DNA of 64,000 bases, from positions 14,068-78,067 of the forward strand of contig JAZKCE010000015.1 in assembly GCA_040388255.1 (NCBI GenBank), given 5' to 3'. Positions 29,119 through 39,324 of the stretch are shown in pieces (within the stretch, counting starts at the first letter, position 1; every line of letters begins with the position of its first letter). The notes under the pieces are model-generated. The model ran no database searches and was not told the DNA's origin. It saw nothing but the letters and a program-made list of their open reading frames with translations. The DNA is from Pseudomonadota bacterium (GTDB lineage: Bacteria; Pseudomonadota; Gammaproteobacteria; Burkholderiales; Burkholderiaceae_C). Made by a program: the position numbers and the translations under genes.

Positions 29119-30510
29119 TCATACCATGTGCTGCGGCACGACCCAGGCGTCGAACTGCGCGGCCGTGACATGGCCCGAGGCAATCGCCGCTTCGCGCAAG
29201 CTCGTGCCCTCCTTGTGCGCCTTCTTGGCAATGAAAGCCGCCTTGTCATAGCCGATGTGGGTATTGAGCGCCGTCACCAGCATCAGCGAGCGGCCCACCA
29301 GTTCGGCTATGCGTTCCCGGTTCGGCTCTATGCCCACCGCGCAGTGGTCGTTAAAACTCACCATGCCGTCGGCCAGCAGGCGCACGCTCTGCAAAAAGTT
29401 GTGGGCGATCATGGGCCGGAACACATTGAGCTCGAAGTTGCCCGATGCACCGCCAAAGTTGATGGCCACGTCGTTGCCAAACACCTGGGCCGCGAGCATG
29501 GTCACCGCTTCGCTTTGCGTGGGGTTGACCTTGCCCGGCATGATGGACGAGCCGGGTTCGTTCTCCGGGATGCTCAGCTCGCCTATGCCGCTGCGCGGGC
29601 CGCTGGCCAGCCAGCGCACGTCGTTGGCGATTTTCATCATGCTGGCGGCCAGCGTTTTAAGCGCGCCATGCGCATGCACCAGCGCGTCGGCAGAGGCCAG
29701 GGCTTCAAACTTGTTGGGTGCGGTGACAAAGGGCAGGCCCGTCAGCGCCGCCAGCTCGGCCGCGACCTGCTCGGCATACCCCTTGGGCGCGTTCAGCCCC
29801 GTGCCCACCGCCGTGCCGCCCAAAGCCAGTTCATACAGGTGCGGCAAGGCGTCGCGCAGATGTTTTTCGCCGTGTTCCAGCTGGGCCACATAACCGGAAA
29901 ATTCCTGGCCCAGGGTCAGCGGCGTGGCGTCCTGCAGGTGCGTGCGGCCAATCTTGACGATACCTGCAAAGTCCTTTGATTTTTGCGCCAGCGTGGCGCG
30001 CAGCCTGGCAACCGCCGGCAGCAGCTTGTGCCGTATGGCGTCCACCGCCGCCACATGCATGGCCGTGGGAAAAACGTCATTGGACGACTGGCTGCGGTTC
30101 ACGTCGTCATTCGGGTGCACCAGCCGGCCTTCGCCGCGCTCGCCGCCCATGATTTCGCTGGCGCGGTTGGCCAGCACTTCATTGACGTTCATATTGGTTT
30201 GTGTGCCCGAGCCGGTTTGCCAGACCACCAAGGGAAACTCGTCCGCATGCCGGCCGGCAATCACCTCATCGGCGGCCGCGACTATGGCGGCGGTCTTGGC
30301 CTCGTCCTGCAAACCCAGCGCCTGGTTGACGCGGGCGGAAGAGCGCTTGATCTGTGCCAGCGCCCGGATGATCTCGCGCGGCTGCCGTTCGCCGGAGATG
30401 TCGAAGTTTTGCAGGGAACGCTGGGTTTGCGCCCCCCACAAGTGCCTGGCGGGCACCTCAATCGGGCCAAAAGTGTCACGTTCCGTGCGTGTATCCAGGG
30501 GTGTGCTCAT
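29119..30510 (-). CDS. fumC: class II fumarate hydratase
   Basis: ATG 30510. Class II signature [13 protein letters not shown]. Confidence 0.92.
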   Translation of the reverse strand: MSTPLDTRTERDTFGPIEVPARHLWGAQTQRSLQNFDISGERQPREIIRALAQIKRSSARVNQALGLQDEAKTAAIVAAADEVIAGRHADEFPLVVWQTGSGTQTNMNVNEVLANRASEIMGGERGEGRLVHPNDDVNRSQSSNDVFPTAMHVAAVDAIRHKLLPAVARLRATLAQKSKDFAGIVKIGRTHLQDATPLTLGQEFSGYVAQLEHGEKHLRDALPHLYELALGGTAVGTGLNAPKGYAEQVAAELAALTGLPFVTAPNKFEALASADALVHAHGALKTLAASMMKIANDVRWLASGPRSGIGELSIPENEPGSSIMPGKVNPTQSEAVTMLAAQVFGNDVAINFGGASGNFELNVFRPMIAHNFLQSVRLLADGMVSFNDHCAVGIEPNRERIAELVGRSLMLVTALNTHIGYDKAAFIAKKAHKEGTSLREAAIASGHVTAAQFDAWVVPQHMV

Positions 30511-30588
30511 GGTGTGGGCCTGACCTGTCAAAATAGGGGGTTGGAGCTCCCAGCATAGCCGTAAATAAAAGCCGTTTTAACGCAGTTC

Positions 30589-30600
30589 TCATTGCAATGA
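30589..30600. promoter_or_regulatory. perfect 12-bp palindrome in the fumC/fumA divergent region
   Basis: TCATTGCAATGA, 25 nt upstream of the fumA ATG. Confidence 0.3.
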
Positions 30601-30624
30601 AATTGCCCCACCTCACGAATCGCC

Positions 30625-32178
30625 ATGACCACGACCATCAAACAAGCCGACCTGATTGAATCCGTAGCCGCTGCCCTGCAGTACATCAGCTACTACCACC
30701 CCAGCGACTACATCGCCCACCTGGCGCGCGCCTATGAACGCGAGCAAAGCCCGGCCGCCAAGGACGCGATCGCGCAGATCCTGACCAACAGCAAGATGAG
30801 CGCCACCGGCCAGCGCCCCATCTGCCAGGACACCGGCATCGTCAACGTCTTCCTGAAAGTCGGCATGGACGTGCGCTGGGAAGGTTTTACCGGCAGCATC
30901 GATGACGCCGTCAACGAAGGCGTGCGCCGCGGCTACAACCACCCCGACAACACCCTGCGCGCCTCGGTCGTGGCCGACCCGCACTTTGACCGCAAGAACA
31001 CCAAGGACAACACCCCGGCTGTCATCTTCACCGAGCTGGTGCCCGGCAACACGGTTGAAGTCACGGTTGCCGCCAAGGGCGGCGGCAGCGAAAACAAAAG
31101 CAAGATGGTCATGCTCAACCCCGGCGACTCCATCGTTGACTGGGTTTTGAAAACCGTGCCCACCATGGGCGCCGGCTGGTGCCCGCCCGGCATGCTGGGC
31201 ATAGGCATAGGCGGCACCGCCGAAAAGGCCGTGCTGATGGCCAAGGAAAGCCTGATGGACGACCTGGACATGTACGAACTGCAGGCCAAATCGTCCAGCG
31301 GTGCGGCACTGACCAAGGTCGAAGCCCTGCGCCTGGAGCTGTTTGAAAAAGTCAATGCACTGGGCATAGGCGCGCAGGGCCTGGGCGGCCTGACCACCGT
31401 GCTGGACGTCAAGATCAAGATGTACCCGACGCACGCGGCCAGCAAGCCGGTGGCGATGATCCCGAACTGCGCAGCCACCCGCCACGCCCACTTCGTGATG
31501 GACGGCAGCGGCCCGGTTTACCTCGACCCGCCTTCGCTCGATTTGTGGCCCAACGTGAACTGGACACCCGACTACAAGAAGAGCAAAAAGGTAGACCTGA
31601 ACAAGCTGACCAAGGAAGAAGTCGCCAGCTGGAAACCCGGCGACACACTGCTGCTCAATGGCAAGATGCTGACCGGTCGCGATGCCGCGCACAAGCGCAT
31701 CGCCGACATGCTGCTCAAGGGTGAAAAACTCCCGGTCGACTTCAGCAACCGCGTGATCTATTACGTCGGCCCGGTGGACCCCGTCAAGGGTGAGGCCGTC
31801 GGCCCCGCCGGCCCGACCACCGCCACGCGCATGGACGGCTTCACCGAAATGATGCTGGCGCAAACCGGCCTGATCGCCATGATTGGCAAGGCCGAGCGCG
31901 GCCCCGTTGCCATCGAGGCCATCAAGAAGCACCAAAGCGCCTACCTGATGGCCGTGGGCGGCGCCGCCTACCTGGTGTCCAAAGCCATCAAACATGCAGA
32001 AGTCGTCGGTTTTGCCGACATGGGCATGGAAGCGATTTACGAATTCGACGTGGTCGACATGCCTGTGACCGTGGCGGTGGATTCGGGTGGCACCAGCGCC
32101 CACATCACCGGCCCGGCCGAATGGCAAAAGAAAATCGCGACCGGCGAGTTCAAAAGCATCCCTGTCACCAGCGTTTGA
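30625..32178 (+). CDS. fumA: class I (Fe-S) fumarate hydratase
   Basis: 517 aa, with fused alpha and beta regions of Fe-S hydrolyases. Cys ligand context PICQDTGI. Confidence 0.85.
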   Translation: MTTTIKQADLIESVAAALQYISYYHPSDYIAHLARAYEREQSPAAKDAIAQILTNSKMSATGQRPICQDTGIVNVFLKVGMDVRWEGFTGSIDDAVNEGVRRGYNHPDNTLRASVVADPHFDRKNTKDNTPAVIFTELVPGNTVEVTVAAKGGGSENKSKMVMLNPGDSIVDWVLKTVPTMGAGWCPPGMLGIGIGGTAEKAVLMAKESLMDDLDMYELQAKSSSGAALTKVEALRLELFEKVNALGIGAQGLGGLTTVLDVKIKMYPTHAASKPVAMIPNCAATRHAHFVMDGSGPVYLDPPSLDLWPNVNWTPDYKKSKKVDLNKLTKEEVASWKPGDTLLLNGKMLTGRDAAHKRIADMLLKGEKLPVDFSNRVIYYVGPVDPVKGEAVGPAGPTTATRMDGFTEMMLAQTGLIAMIGKAERGPVAIEAIKKHQSAYLMAVGGAAYLVSKAIKHAEVVGFADMGMEAIYEFDVVDMPVTVAVDSGGTSAHITGPAEWQKKIATGEFKSIPVTSV

Positions 32179-32221
32179 CGCTTGGCAAGGAGCAACACGC
32201 AGTGAACGACCGTGGGGGCCA

Positions 32222-33019
32222 ATGATTGGAGTGTTTGACAGCGGTGTGGGTGGCCTCAGCGTTTTAAAAGCGCTGCGGGCCGAATTGCCGCATGAGGACT
32301 TCATCTACGCCGCTGACAGCGGCCACGCGCCCTACGGCGAGCGTGATGTGGCGCATGTGGTGGCCCGCACCCGCGCCGTCTGCCGCCATCTGGTTGGCCG
32401 GAAGCTCAAGGCCCTGGTGATTGCCTGCAACACCGCCACGGCGGCGGCGATCCACCTGCTGCGCGCCGAGCATCCCGGCCTGCCCATCATAGGCGTCGAG
32501 CCCGCGCTCAAACCCGCCGTGGCCCTGAGCAAAACCGGCCGCATCGGCATCATGGCCACGCGCGGCACGCTAAACAGCGCCAAATTCCAGACCCTGCTTG
32601 GTTCACAAGCGGGATCGGCAAGCTTTGTGGTGCAGCCCTGCGACGGCCTGGCGGATGCCATAGAGCGCAGCGCCGGCACCGGGGACGCTACAGAAACAAT
32701 AGCTTACTGTGCCCGGTACACGGGGGCCATGGGCCTGTTTGGCAATAAATCCGGGGAAATCGACACGCTGGTGCTGGGTTGCACGCATTACCCCTTTGCC
32801 GAGCAGCAGCTGCGCGCCCTGCTGGGGCCTGGGGTGCAGATCATTGAAACCGGCGAGGCCGTGGCGCGCCAGACGCGGCGGCAGCTGGCCGGCAAGCTGC
32901 AGGCAGGTGCTGCGTCCGGTCAGGTGCAGCTCTTGAGCACGGGCCAGCCGCTGGCCCTGCAAACCGCGGCCAGCCGCTGGCTGGGCCTGGCAAGCACCGC
33001 CGAATCGCTCTCTTTTTAA
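32222..33019 (+). CDS. murI: glutamate racemase
   Basis: ATG 32222. Motifs VFDSGVGGLSV, ACNTATA and GCTHYP. Confidence 0.9.
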   Translation: MIGVFDSGVGGLSVLKALRAELPHEDFIYAADSGHAPYGERDVAHVVARTRAVCRHLVGRKLKALVIACNTATAAAIHLLRAEHPGLPIIGVEPALKPAVALSKTGRIGIMATRGTLNSAKFQTLLGSQAGSASFVVQPCDGLADAIERSAGTGDATETIAYCARYTGAMGLFGNKSGEIDTLVLGCTHYPFAEQQLRALLGPGVQIIETGEAVARQTRRQLAGKLQAGAASGQVQLLSTGQPLALQTAASRWLGLASTAESLSF

Positions 33020-33023
33020 TAGC
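33007..33023. repeat. family C motif
   Basis: GCTCTCTTTTTAATAGC followed by TGACTACGCCCATGTAC. Overlaps the murI stop. Confidence 0.5.
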
Positions 33024-33156
33024 TGACTACGCCCATGTACAGGCAGGTTTGACGGAAAAACGGCTGCACAACAGGCCAGGCGACCCGTTTGGGGTATTTT
33101 CAGCCAAAAGCTGGAGGCAAAAAAGGCCTAAACCTCAGTACTGACGGGCGCAAACA

Positions 33157-33173
33157 GCTACCTTATTGATAGC
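33157..33173. repeat. family C motif
   Basis: GCTACCTTATTGATAGC. Confidence 0.45.
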
Positions 33174-33197
33174 GAAAATCCGCCGACCATCAGGAGT

Positions 33198-34664
33198 TCA
33201 AGGCGCCGGGTTGGCAGCAGCTTCCTTCCAGCCGCCGCCCAGGGTCTTGTACAGCGTGACCTGGCTTTGCAATTGGGCCAAACGGGTCTGTACCACGGCC
33301 TGCTGCGCGGCAAACAGCGAACGCTGGGCATCGAGCTGGTCGAGGTAGCTGGCCACGCCGTTCTGGTAGCGCATGTCCGACAGTTTGAAGCGCGTGGCCT
33401 CGGCATTGGCTTGCGCCTGGCTGGCACGCAATTGCTCGCCCAGGGTGGCACGGCCGGCCAGTGCGTCGGCCACTTCGCGGAAAGCCGTTTGTATGGCCTT
33501 CTCGTACTGGGCCACGGCAATGTCGCGCCCGGCGTTCGCGGAATCCAGCCCGGCGGCGTTCCGGCCGGCATCAAACAGCGGCAGCAGCAGCTGGGGCGCC
33601 ATGGTCCAGCCGTAGCTGCCGCTCTTGAAAAGGCCGGACAGGGTGGAGCTGGCGCTGCCGGCGGTTGCCGTCAGGGAGATGCGCGGGAAAAACGCGGCGC
33701 GGGCCGCCCCGATATTGGCATTGGCCGACAGCAGTTGCTGCTCGGCCTGGCGGATATCCGGGCGCCTGGCCAGCAAGTCCGAAGGCAGGCCGGCAGGCAC
33801 CTCAAGCATCATGGGCGTGTCGGCCAGGCCCTTGCCCTTGGGCAAGGCCACCGCCAGTTCCTCCGTGATCGGCTGGCCTATCAGCAGGGTCAGCGCGTTT
33901 TCGTCCAGCGCGCGCTGGCGCACCAGTTGCGCCAGTGAAACGCGGGCAGCCTCCGTCAGCGACTCGGCCTGGCGGTAGTCCAGCTCGGACGTCACGCCGT
34001 TGTCAAAGCGCAGCTTGCTCAGCTTGAAAGACTCTTCCCGCGAGGCCAGCGTCTGCTGCGTGATCGCCAGCAGTTCCTCGTCGGCCAGCAGGCTCAGGTA
34101 GGTGTTGGCTACCGTCGCGATCAGGCTGATCTGGGCCGTCTTGCGCCCTTCTTCCGTGGCCAGGTATTGGGCCAGCGCCGCTTCCTTCAGGCTGGACACC
34201 CGGCCGAAAAAATCAAGCTCGTAAGCCGTGACTGCCAGGCCAGCCGAATAGACGCTGGTGATGCCGCCATTGCCGTTCGCGTTGGGCTGGCGTGACCCGG
34301 TAAACGCAGCGTTGATGGTGGGAAACTGGTCGGCGCGGCGGATCTGGAACTGGGCCCTGGCCTGTTCAATGTTCAGCACCGCGATGCGCAGGTCCCGGTT
34401 GTTGCGCAGCGCCGCCTCAATCAGCTGCCTGAGCTTGGGATCGCTGAAGAAGTTTTGCCATTCGATGTCGGCCGCGGCAACGTTGGAGGTCACTGTAGCC
34501 ACGCTGCGCGGGGACAGCTCGGCAGCGCCCTTCAGGACCGGCCAGTCGGCCGCCACGGGCGCCGCCGGGCGCTCGTATTTAGGGATCATCGAGCAGCCGG
34601 CCAGCAGCGCCGCGGCGCACACGGCCGAGAGCGCCGGGAGTCTTGAGAATCTGGTGTTAGCCAT
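33198..34664 (-). CDS. RND efflux outer-membrane factor lipoprotein (NodT/OprM family)
   Basis: ATG 34664 gives the lipobox LLAGCS. Start overlaps the RND pump stop (ATGGCTAA). Confidence 0.88.
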   Translation of the reverse strand: MANTRFSRLPALSAVCAAALLAGCSMIPKYERPAAPVAADWPVLKGAAELSPRSVATVTSNVAAADIEWQNFFSDPKLRQLIEAALRNNRDLRIAVLNIEQARAQFQIRRADQFPTINAAFTGSRQPNANGNGGITSVYSAGLAVTAYELDFFGRVSSLKEAALAQYLATEEGRKTAQISLIATVANTYLSLLADEELLAITQQTLASREESFKLSKLRFDNGVTSELDYRQAESLTEAARVSLAQLVRQRALDENALTLLIGQPITEELAVALPKGKGLADTPMMLEVPAGLPSDLLARRPDIRQAEQQLLSANANIGAARAAFFPRISLTATAGSASSTLSGLFKSGSYGWTMAPQLLLPLFDAGRNAAGLDSANAGRDIAVAQYEKAIQTAFREVADALAGRATLGEQLRASQAQANAEATRFKLSDMRYQNGVASYLDQLDAQRSLFAAQQAVVQTRLAQLQSQVTLYKTLGGGWKEAAANPAP

Positions 34665-37600
34665 GCGTCTTTTCCTCATCCTTTTGATGGCCTTCGTCGC
34701 CGTCGATGCCCGCAGCTTTTGCATGCTCTGAATAAATCTTCCGCTGCCGCTCGCTGCCCTTGAAAACACTGCGCACCACCACAAAGAAGATGGGCACAAA
34801 AAACACGGCCAGTCCGGTGCCGGTGATCATGCCGCCTATCACGCCGGTGCCGATGGCGCGCTGGCTGGCTGAGCCCGCGCCCGATGCGATGGCCAGCGGC
34901 AGCACACCCAGCATGAACGCGAACGAGGTCATGATGATGGGTCGAAAGCGCAGATGGGCAGCGGCCAGCGCCGACTCGATCACGCCCTTGCCCTGCGCCT
35001 GCAGGTCTTTCGCAAACTCGATGATCAGGATGGCGTTTTTCGCGGACAGGCCGATGATGGTGATCAGGCCCACCTGGAAATACACGTCATTGGAGTAGCT
35101 GCGCAGCAAGGTTGCCAGCAGCACGCCGACCACACCCAGGGGCACCACCAGGATCACGGACAGCGGGATAGACCAGCTCTCGTACAGCGCGGCCAGGCAC
35201 AGGAACACCGCCAGGATCGCAAAGCCGTAAAGAATCATGGCCTGCGAGCCAGCGAGCTTTTCCTCACGCGACTGGCCGGTCCACTCATAACCAAAACCCT
35301 GTGGCAACTGGGCGGCGAGTTTTTCCATCTCCGCCATGGCCGCGCCCGTGCTGTAGCCCGGTGCGACGCCGCCGCTGATGCGCATGGCGGGGTAGCCGTT
35401 GTAGCGCACCGTCTGCATCGCGCCCTTAATCCAGCGCGTCGTGGCAAATGCCGAGAGCGGCACCGGTTGTCCCTTCGAATTGCTCGCATTCAATTGCAGC
35501 AAATCATCCGGCTGCATGCGGGCAGGCGCATCGGCCTGCACCACCACACGCTGCAAACGGCCCTGGTTCGGGAAGTCGTTGACATAACTTGAGCCCAGGG
35601 CGGTCGACAAGGCGGTGTTGATGGCGCCAAAACTCACGCCAAGCGCATTGGCCTTGTCGCGGTCCACATCGATCTGCAGCTGCGGTGCATCTTCCAGGCC
35701 GTCAGGGCGTACCTGCGTCAGGACAGGGCTTTTGGCCGCCATGCCCAGCAGCTGGTTGCGCGCGGCCAGCAAGGCCTCGCCACCGGCACCGGAGCGGTCC
35801 TGCAGGCGGAAGGTAAAGCCGCTGGCGGTGCCCAGCTCGGGAATCGGCGGCGGGCTCAAGGGGTAAATAAAGGCATCACGGATGCCCGACAGGGCGCCAA
35901 AAGCGCGTCCGGCCAGCGCCTCGGCGGATTGCCCCGGACCCTTGCGCTCGGACCAGTCTTTCAGCGTCACAAAGGCCAACGCGGCATTCTGGCCCTGGCC
36001 AGAGAAGCTGAAGCCCAGCACGCCGACCATGCTTTCAACCTCGGGTTGCTTGAGCATGAAACCTTCGACCTGTTCCATCACATGGCGCGTGCGCTCCACC
36101 GTCGCACCCGGCGGCAACTGCACGTTCACCAGCATGGTGCCCTGGTCTTCGCCGGGCAGGAAGGAGGTCGGCAGACGTGTGTAGACCAGGGCCACCACGC
36201 CGATGATGGCCACGTAGATGATCAGGTAGCGGCTGGCACGGCGCAGCAGGCGCGCAACCAGTCCTTCATAGCCCTTGGCCGTGCGCGAGAAACCGCGGTT
36301 GAACCAGCCGAAAAAGCCTTTCTTTTCGTGGTGGTGGCCGGCTTCCACCGGCTTGAGCAGCGTCGAGCACAGGGCCGGCGTCAGCGACAGCGCCAGGAAA
36401 GCCGAGAAGCCGATAGAGGCCACCATGACCGCCGCGAACTGTCGGTAAATATTGCCGGTGGAGCCGGCAAAAAAGGCCAGCGGCACAAACACGGAGATCA
36501 GCACCACGGTCACGCCTATGATGGCGCCCGAAATCTGTCCCATGGCCTTGCGTGTCGCCTCAAGCGGCGGCAGGCCTTCCTCGCTCATGATGCGCTCGAC
36601 GTTTTCCACCACCACAATCGCATCGTCGACCACGATACCGATGACCAGCACCATGCCGAACATGGTCAGCACGTTGATGGAAAAGCCCAGGGCCAGCAGT
36701 GTGGCGAAAGTCCCCAACAGGGCAATCGGCACCACGATGGTCGGGATGATGGTGTAGCGGATGTTCTGCAAAAACAGGAACATCACCAGGAACACCAGCA
36801 CCACGGCTTCTATCAGGGTCTCGGCCACCTGCCGGATCGAGATGCTGACAAAACGCGAGCTGTCGTAGGGAATGGAGTAACTCACGCCCTTGGGAAAATA
36901 GCGCTGGAGTTCGTCCATCCGGGTGCGAACGGCCTTGGCGGACGCCAGTGCATTGCCGCTGGGCGTGAGCTGCACACCGATACCCACGGCATCCTTGCCG
37001 TTGAGGCGCGCCGAGGTGGCATAGGCCTGCGCACCGAGCTCAATCCGGGCGACATCCTTCAGGCGCACCGAGGAGCCGTCCGTGTTGGCGCGCAGCACGA
37101 TGTTGCCAAACTGCGCCACGCTGGAGAGCTGGCCATTGACCACCACCGTTGCGGCAATGCCCTGCCCGGCCACATTCGGCAGGTCGCCTATGGTGCCGGA
37201 AGCCACCTGTGCGTTTTGCGCCTGGATGGCGCTTGTCACGTCGCTGGTCGACAGCGCAAAACCCGCCAGTTTGGCCGGATCAATCCAGATGCGCATGGCG
37301 CGCTCCGTGCCGAACAGCTGGGCCTGGCCTATGCCGGGCAGGCGCTGCAGTTCGGGCACGATGCTGCGCGAGGCGTAGTCGCCCAGCGCCACCGGGTCTA
37401 TGGACGGATCATCGGACGACAGCATGGCGAACAGCAGGAAGTTGGCGTTCGACTTGTCCACGCGCACGCCCTGCTGCGTCACCGCCGCAGGCAGGCGCGG
37501 TGCGGCTCGCGAAAGCCGGTTCTGCACGTCCACCTGCGCCAGGTCGGGGTTGGTGCCGGGCTGGAAGCTCAGGGTGATGTTGCCGGTGCCGTTGGCCTGC

Positions 37601-37845
37601 GCCACGGCTTCCATGTAGATCAGGCCGGGCGAGCCGTTCATTTCCCGCTCGATCACGCTCAACACGCTGTCTTCAAGCGTCTTGGCGGAAGCGCCGGGGT
37701 AGCTTGCCGATATCACGATGGCGGGAGGCGCCACCGGCGGGTACTGGGCAATCGGCAACTGCGTCACCGCCACACCACCGACAACGATGATGAACAGGGC
37801 AATCACCCACGCAAAGATCGGCCGATCAATAAAAAACTTGGCCAT
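34657..37845 (-). CDS. multidrug efflux RND permease (AcrB/MexB-like)
   Basis: 1062 aa with N-terminus MAKFFIDRPIFAWVIALFI, typical of the HAE1 family. Confidence 0.92.
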   Translation of the reverse strand: MAKFFIDRPIFAWVIALFIIVVGGVAVTQLPIAQYPPVAPPAIVISASYPGASAKTLEDSVLSVIEREMNGSPGLIYMEAVAQANGTGNITLSFQPGTNPDLAQVDVQNRLSRAAPRLPAAVTQQGVRVDKSNANFLLFAMLSSDDPSIDPVALGDYASRSIVPELQRLPGIGQAQLFGTERAMRIWIDPAKLAGFALSTSDVTSAIQAQNAQVASGTIGDLPNVAGQGIAATVVVNGQLSSVAQFGNIVLRANTDGSSVRLKDVARIELGAQAYATSARLNGKDAVGIGVQLTPSGNALASAKAVRTRMDELQRYFPKGVSYSIPYDSSRFVSISIRQVAETLIEAVVLVFLVMFLFLQNIRYTIIPTIVVPIALLGTFATLLALGFSINVLTMFGMVLVIGIVVDDAIVVVENVERIMSEEGLPPLEATRKAMGQISGAIIGVTVVLISVFVPLAFFAGSTGNIYRQFAAVMVASIGFSAFLALSLTPALCSTLLKPVEAGHHHEKKGFFGWFNRGFSRTAKGYEGLVARLLRRASRYLIIYVAIIGVVALVYTRLPTSFLPGEDQGTMLVNVQLPPGATVERTRHVMEQVEGFMLKQPEVESMVGVLGFSFSGQGQNAALAFVTLKDWSERKGPGQSAEALAGRAFGALSGIRDAFIYPLSPPPIPELGTASGFTFRLQDRSGAGGEALLAARNQLLGMAAKSPVLTQVRPDGLEDAPQLQIDVDRDKANALGVSFGAINTALSTALGSSYVNDFPNQGRLQRVVVQADAPARMQPDDLLQLNASNSKGQPVPLSAFATTRWIKGAMQTVRYNGYPAMRISGGVAPGYSTGAAMAEMEKLAAQLPQGFGYEWTGQSREEKLAGSQAMILYGFAILAVFLCLAALYESWSIPLSVILVVPLGVVGVLLATLLRSYSNDVYFQVGLITIIGLSAKNAILIIEFAKDLQAQGKGVIESALAAAHLRFRPIIMTSFAFMLGVLPLAIASGAGSASQRAIGTGVIGGMITGTGLAVFFVPIFFVVVRSVFKGSERQRKIYSEHAKAAGIDGDEGHQKDEEKTHG

Positions 37846-37857
37846 GAAGTGGGCTCC

Positions 37858-39141
37858 TTACTTCGCTGCGGCTGAAGCAGCTGCGGCAGGTGCGGATGCG
37901 GCGGCTACCGGGGCTCCGGCGGCGGCTGGCGCCGCAGGCGTCCAGGGCACGGCCTTGACCGGCGAGCCCGGAGGCATCATCTGCAGTTTCTGGAAGCCGT
38001 CGACCATGACTTTCTCGCCGGATTTCAAGCCGCTGAGCACCACCCATTGGGCGCCCTTGGCCGAACCGATCTTCACCGGTCGGGTGCTGACCTTGCCGTC
38101 TTCGCCCACCACCATCACCGTGTCGCCCTGGGCCGTGCGCGTCACGGCCTGCTGCGGCAAGGTAAACGCATCGCTGGCCTGGGCCTGCTCCAGGCGCACC
38201 CGCACATACAGGCCGGGCAGCAGTTCACCGGTCGGGTTCGGCACCTCGGCGCGAAGTGTGATCTGCCCGGTCGTGGCATCCACGGTCAGGTCGGAAAACA
38301 GCAGGCGCCCGGCCTTGGCGTATTCGGTGCCGTCCTCAAGCACAACACGGATGCTGGCGGCTTCGGTGCCATCGGCCCGCTTGAGCCGGCCACTGGCCAT
38401 GGCGCTGCGCAGCTTCATGACCTCGGTCGCCGACTGCGTGAAATTGACATACATGGGATTGATCTGCTGCACTACGGCCAGCTGTGTTGCCTCGCCCTGG
38501 CCGACCAGTGCGCCTTCGGTCACCAGCGCCCGGCCTATGCGGCCGGATATGGGCGACGTGACCGAGGCATAACCCAGGTTGATGCCGGCCGTCTGCACAT
38601 TGGCCTTGCCCACCGCCACGTCGGCTTCCGCCTGCTTTTGTGCGGCGACGGCGTTGGCATACTCCTGCTTGCTGACCGCATTGGCCGCAACCAGGGGTTT
38701 GTAGCGTTCAGCCAGTGCCGTGGCTTGCGCCGAATTAGCCTCGGCACGTGCCTGGCCGGCCTTCGCGCTGGCCAGTGCGGCCGCATAAGGCCCAGGATCA
38801 ATGGCAAACAGGGCCTGGCCAGCCTTGACATCACTGCCTTCGCGGAACAGGCGCTTTTGCAAAATGCCTGCAGCACGCGCCCTGACCTGAGCGACGCGGG
38901 AGGCCTCCAGCCGACCGGGCAACTCCGTGATCAGGCCCACATCACCGAGCTTGACGGTGACCACGCCCACTTCGGCGGCTGGCGGGCCGCCGCCGGCCCC
39001 CTGGCCCTTGCTGTCACTACTTTTACCGCAGCTTGCAATAAAAACTGAAGCCAGTGCCACAAGCAGGATTTGCTGACGGCGTGTCGGTTTGAGCGATTGT
39101 TTGGCAGATGAAGAAGTCAGGTTCATACTGGGCGTAGGCAT
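37858..39141 (-). CDS. RND efflux periplasmic adaptor (AcrA/MexA-like)
   Basis: ATG 39141 follows AAGGA, with lipobox FIASCG. Ala-rich C-terminal tail. Confidence 0.85.
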   Translation of the reverse strand: MPTPSMNLTSSSAKQSLKPTRRQQILLVALASVFIASCGKSSDSKGQGAGGGPPAAEVGVVTVKLGDVGLITELPGRLEASRVAQVRARAAGILQKRLFREGSDVKAGQALFAIDPGPYAAALASAKAGQARAEANSAQATALAERYKPLVAANAVSKQEYANAVAAQKQAEADVAVGKANVQTAGINLGYASVTSPISGRIGRALVTEGALVGQGEATQLAVVQQINPMYVNFTQSATEVMKLRSAMASGRLKRADGTEAASIRVVLEDGTEYAKAGRLLFSDLTVDATTGQITLRAEVPNPTGELLPGLYVRVRLEQAQASDAFTLPQQAVTRTAQGDTVMVVGEDGKVSTRPVKIGSAKGAQWVVLSGLKSGEKVMVDGFQKLQMMPPGSPVKAVPWTPAAPAAAGAPVAAASAPAAAASAAAK

Positions 39142-39198
39142 ACTGCGTCCTTGGAAATGGTGAGAGCTGCAGGTAGAGGAAATACCGGAAAGAAGTGA

Positions 39199-39217
39199 TT
39201 TGCAAGCGGCTTGCAAA
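39199..39217. promoter_or_regulatory. perfect 9-1-9 palindrome, candidate TetR/AcrR operator
   Basis: TTTGCAAGC-G-GCTTGCAAA, between the RND adaptor gene and the TetR gene. Confidence 0.45.
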
Positions 39218-39263
39218 CACAAGATCTCAAGCATAGAGGGTTTTTACCCGTCCGTTATTTTAC

Positions 39264-39281
39264 ATACATCGTTGAATGTAT
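39264..39281. promoter_or_regulatory. second dyad ATACAT-N6-ATGTAT in the same intergenic region
   Basis: ATACATCGTTGAATGTAT. Confidence 0.3.
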
Positions 39282-39324
39282 AGTTGAATACTTTAAAAAT
39301 TTACCTCGCAGCAGGAGACTTATC

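Noticed and set aside
30589-30600. Calling the TCATTGCAATGA palindrome a Fur box
   Set aside because: It has only loose resemblance to GATAATGATAATCATTATC, and I cannot score it without a matrix. It is kept as an unassigned dyad.
30613-32304. 563-aa ORF antisense to the class I fumarase gene
   Set aside because: It overlaps a well-supported gene along its whole length. The translation is Gly/Ala/His/Val/Arg-rich low-complexity sequence with no motifs. This is the typical shadow ORF of GC-rich DNA.
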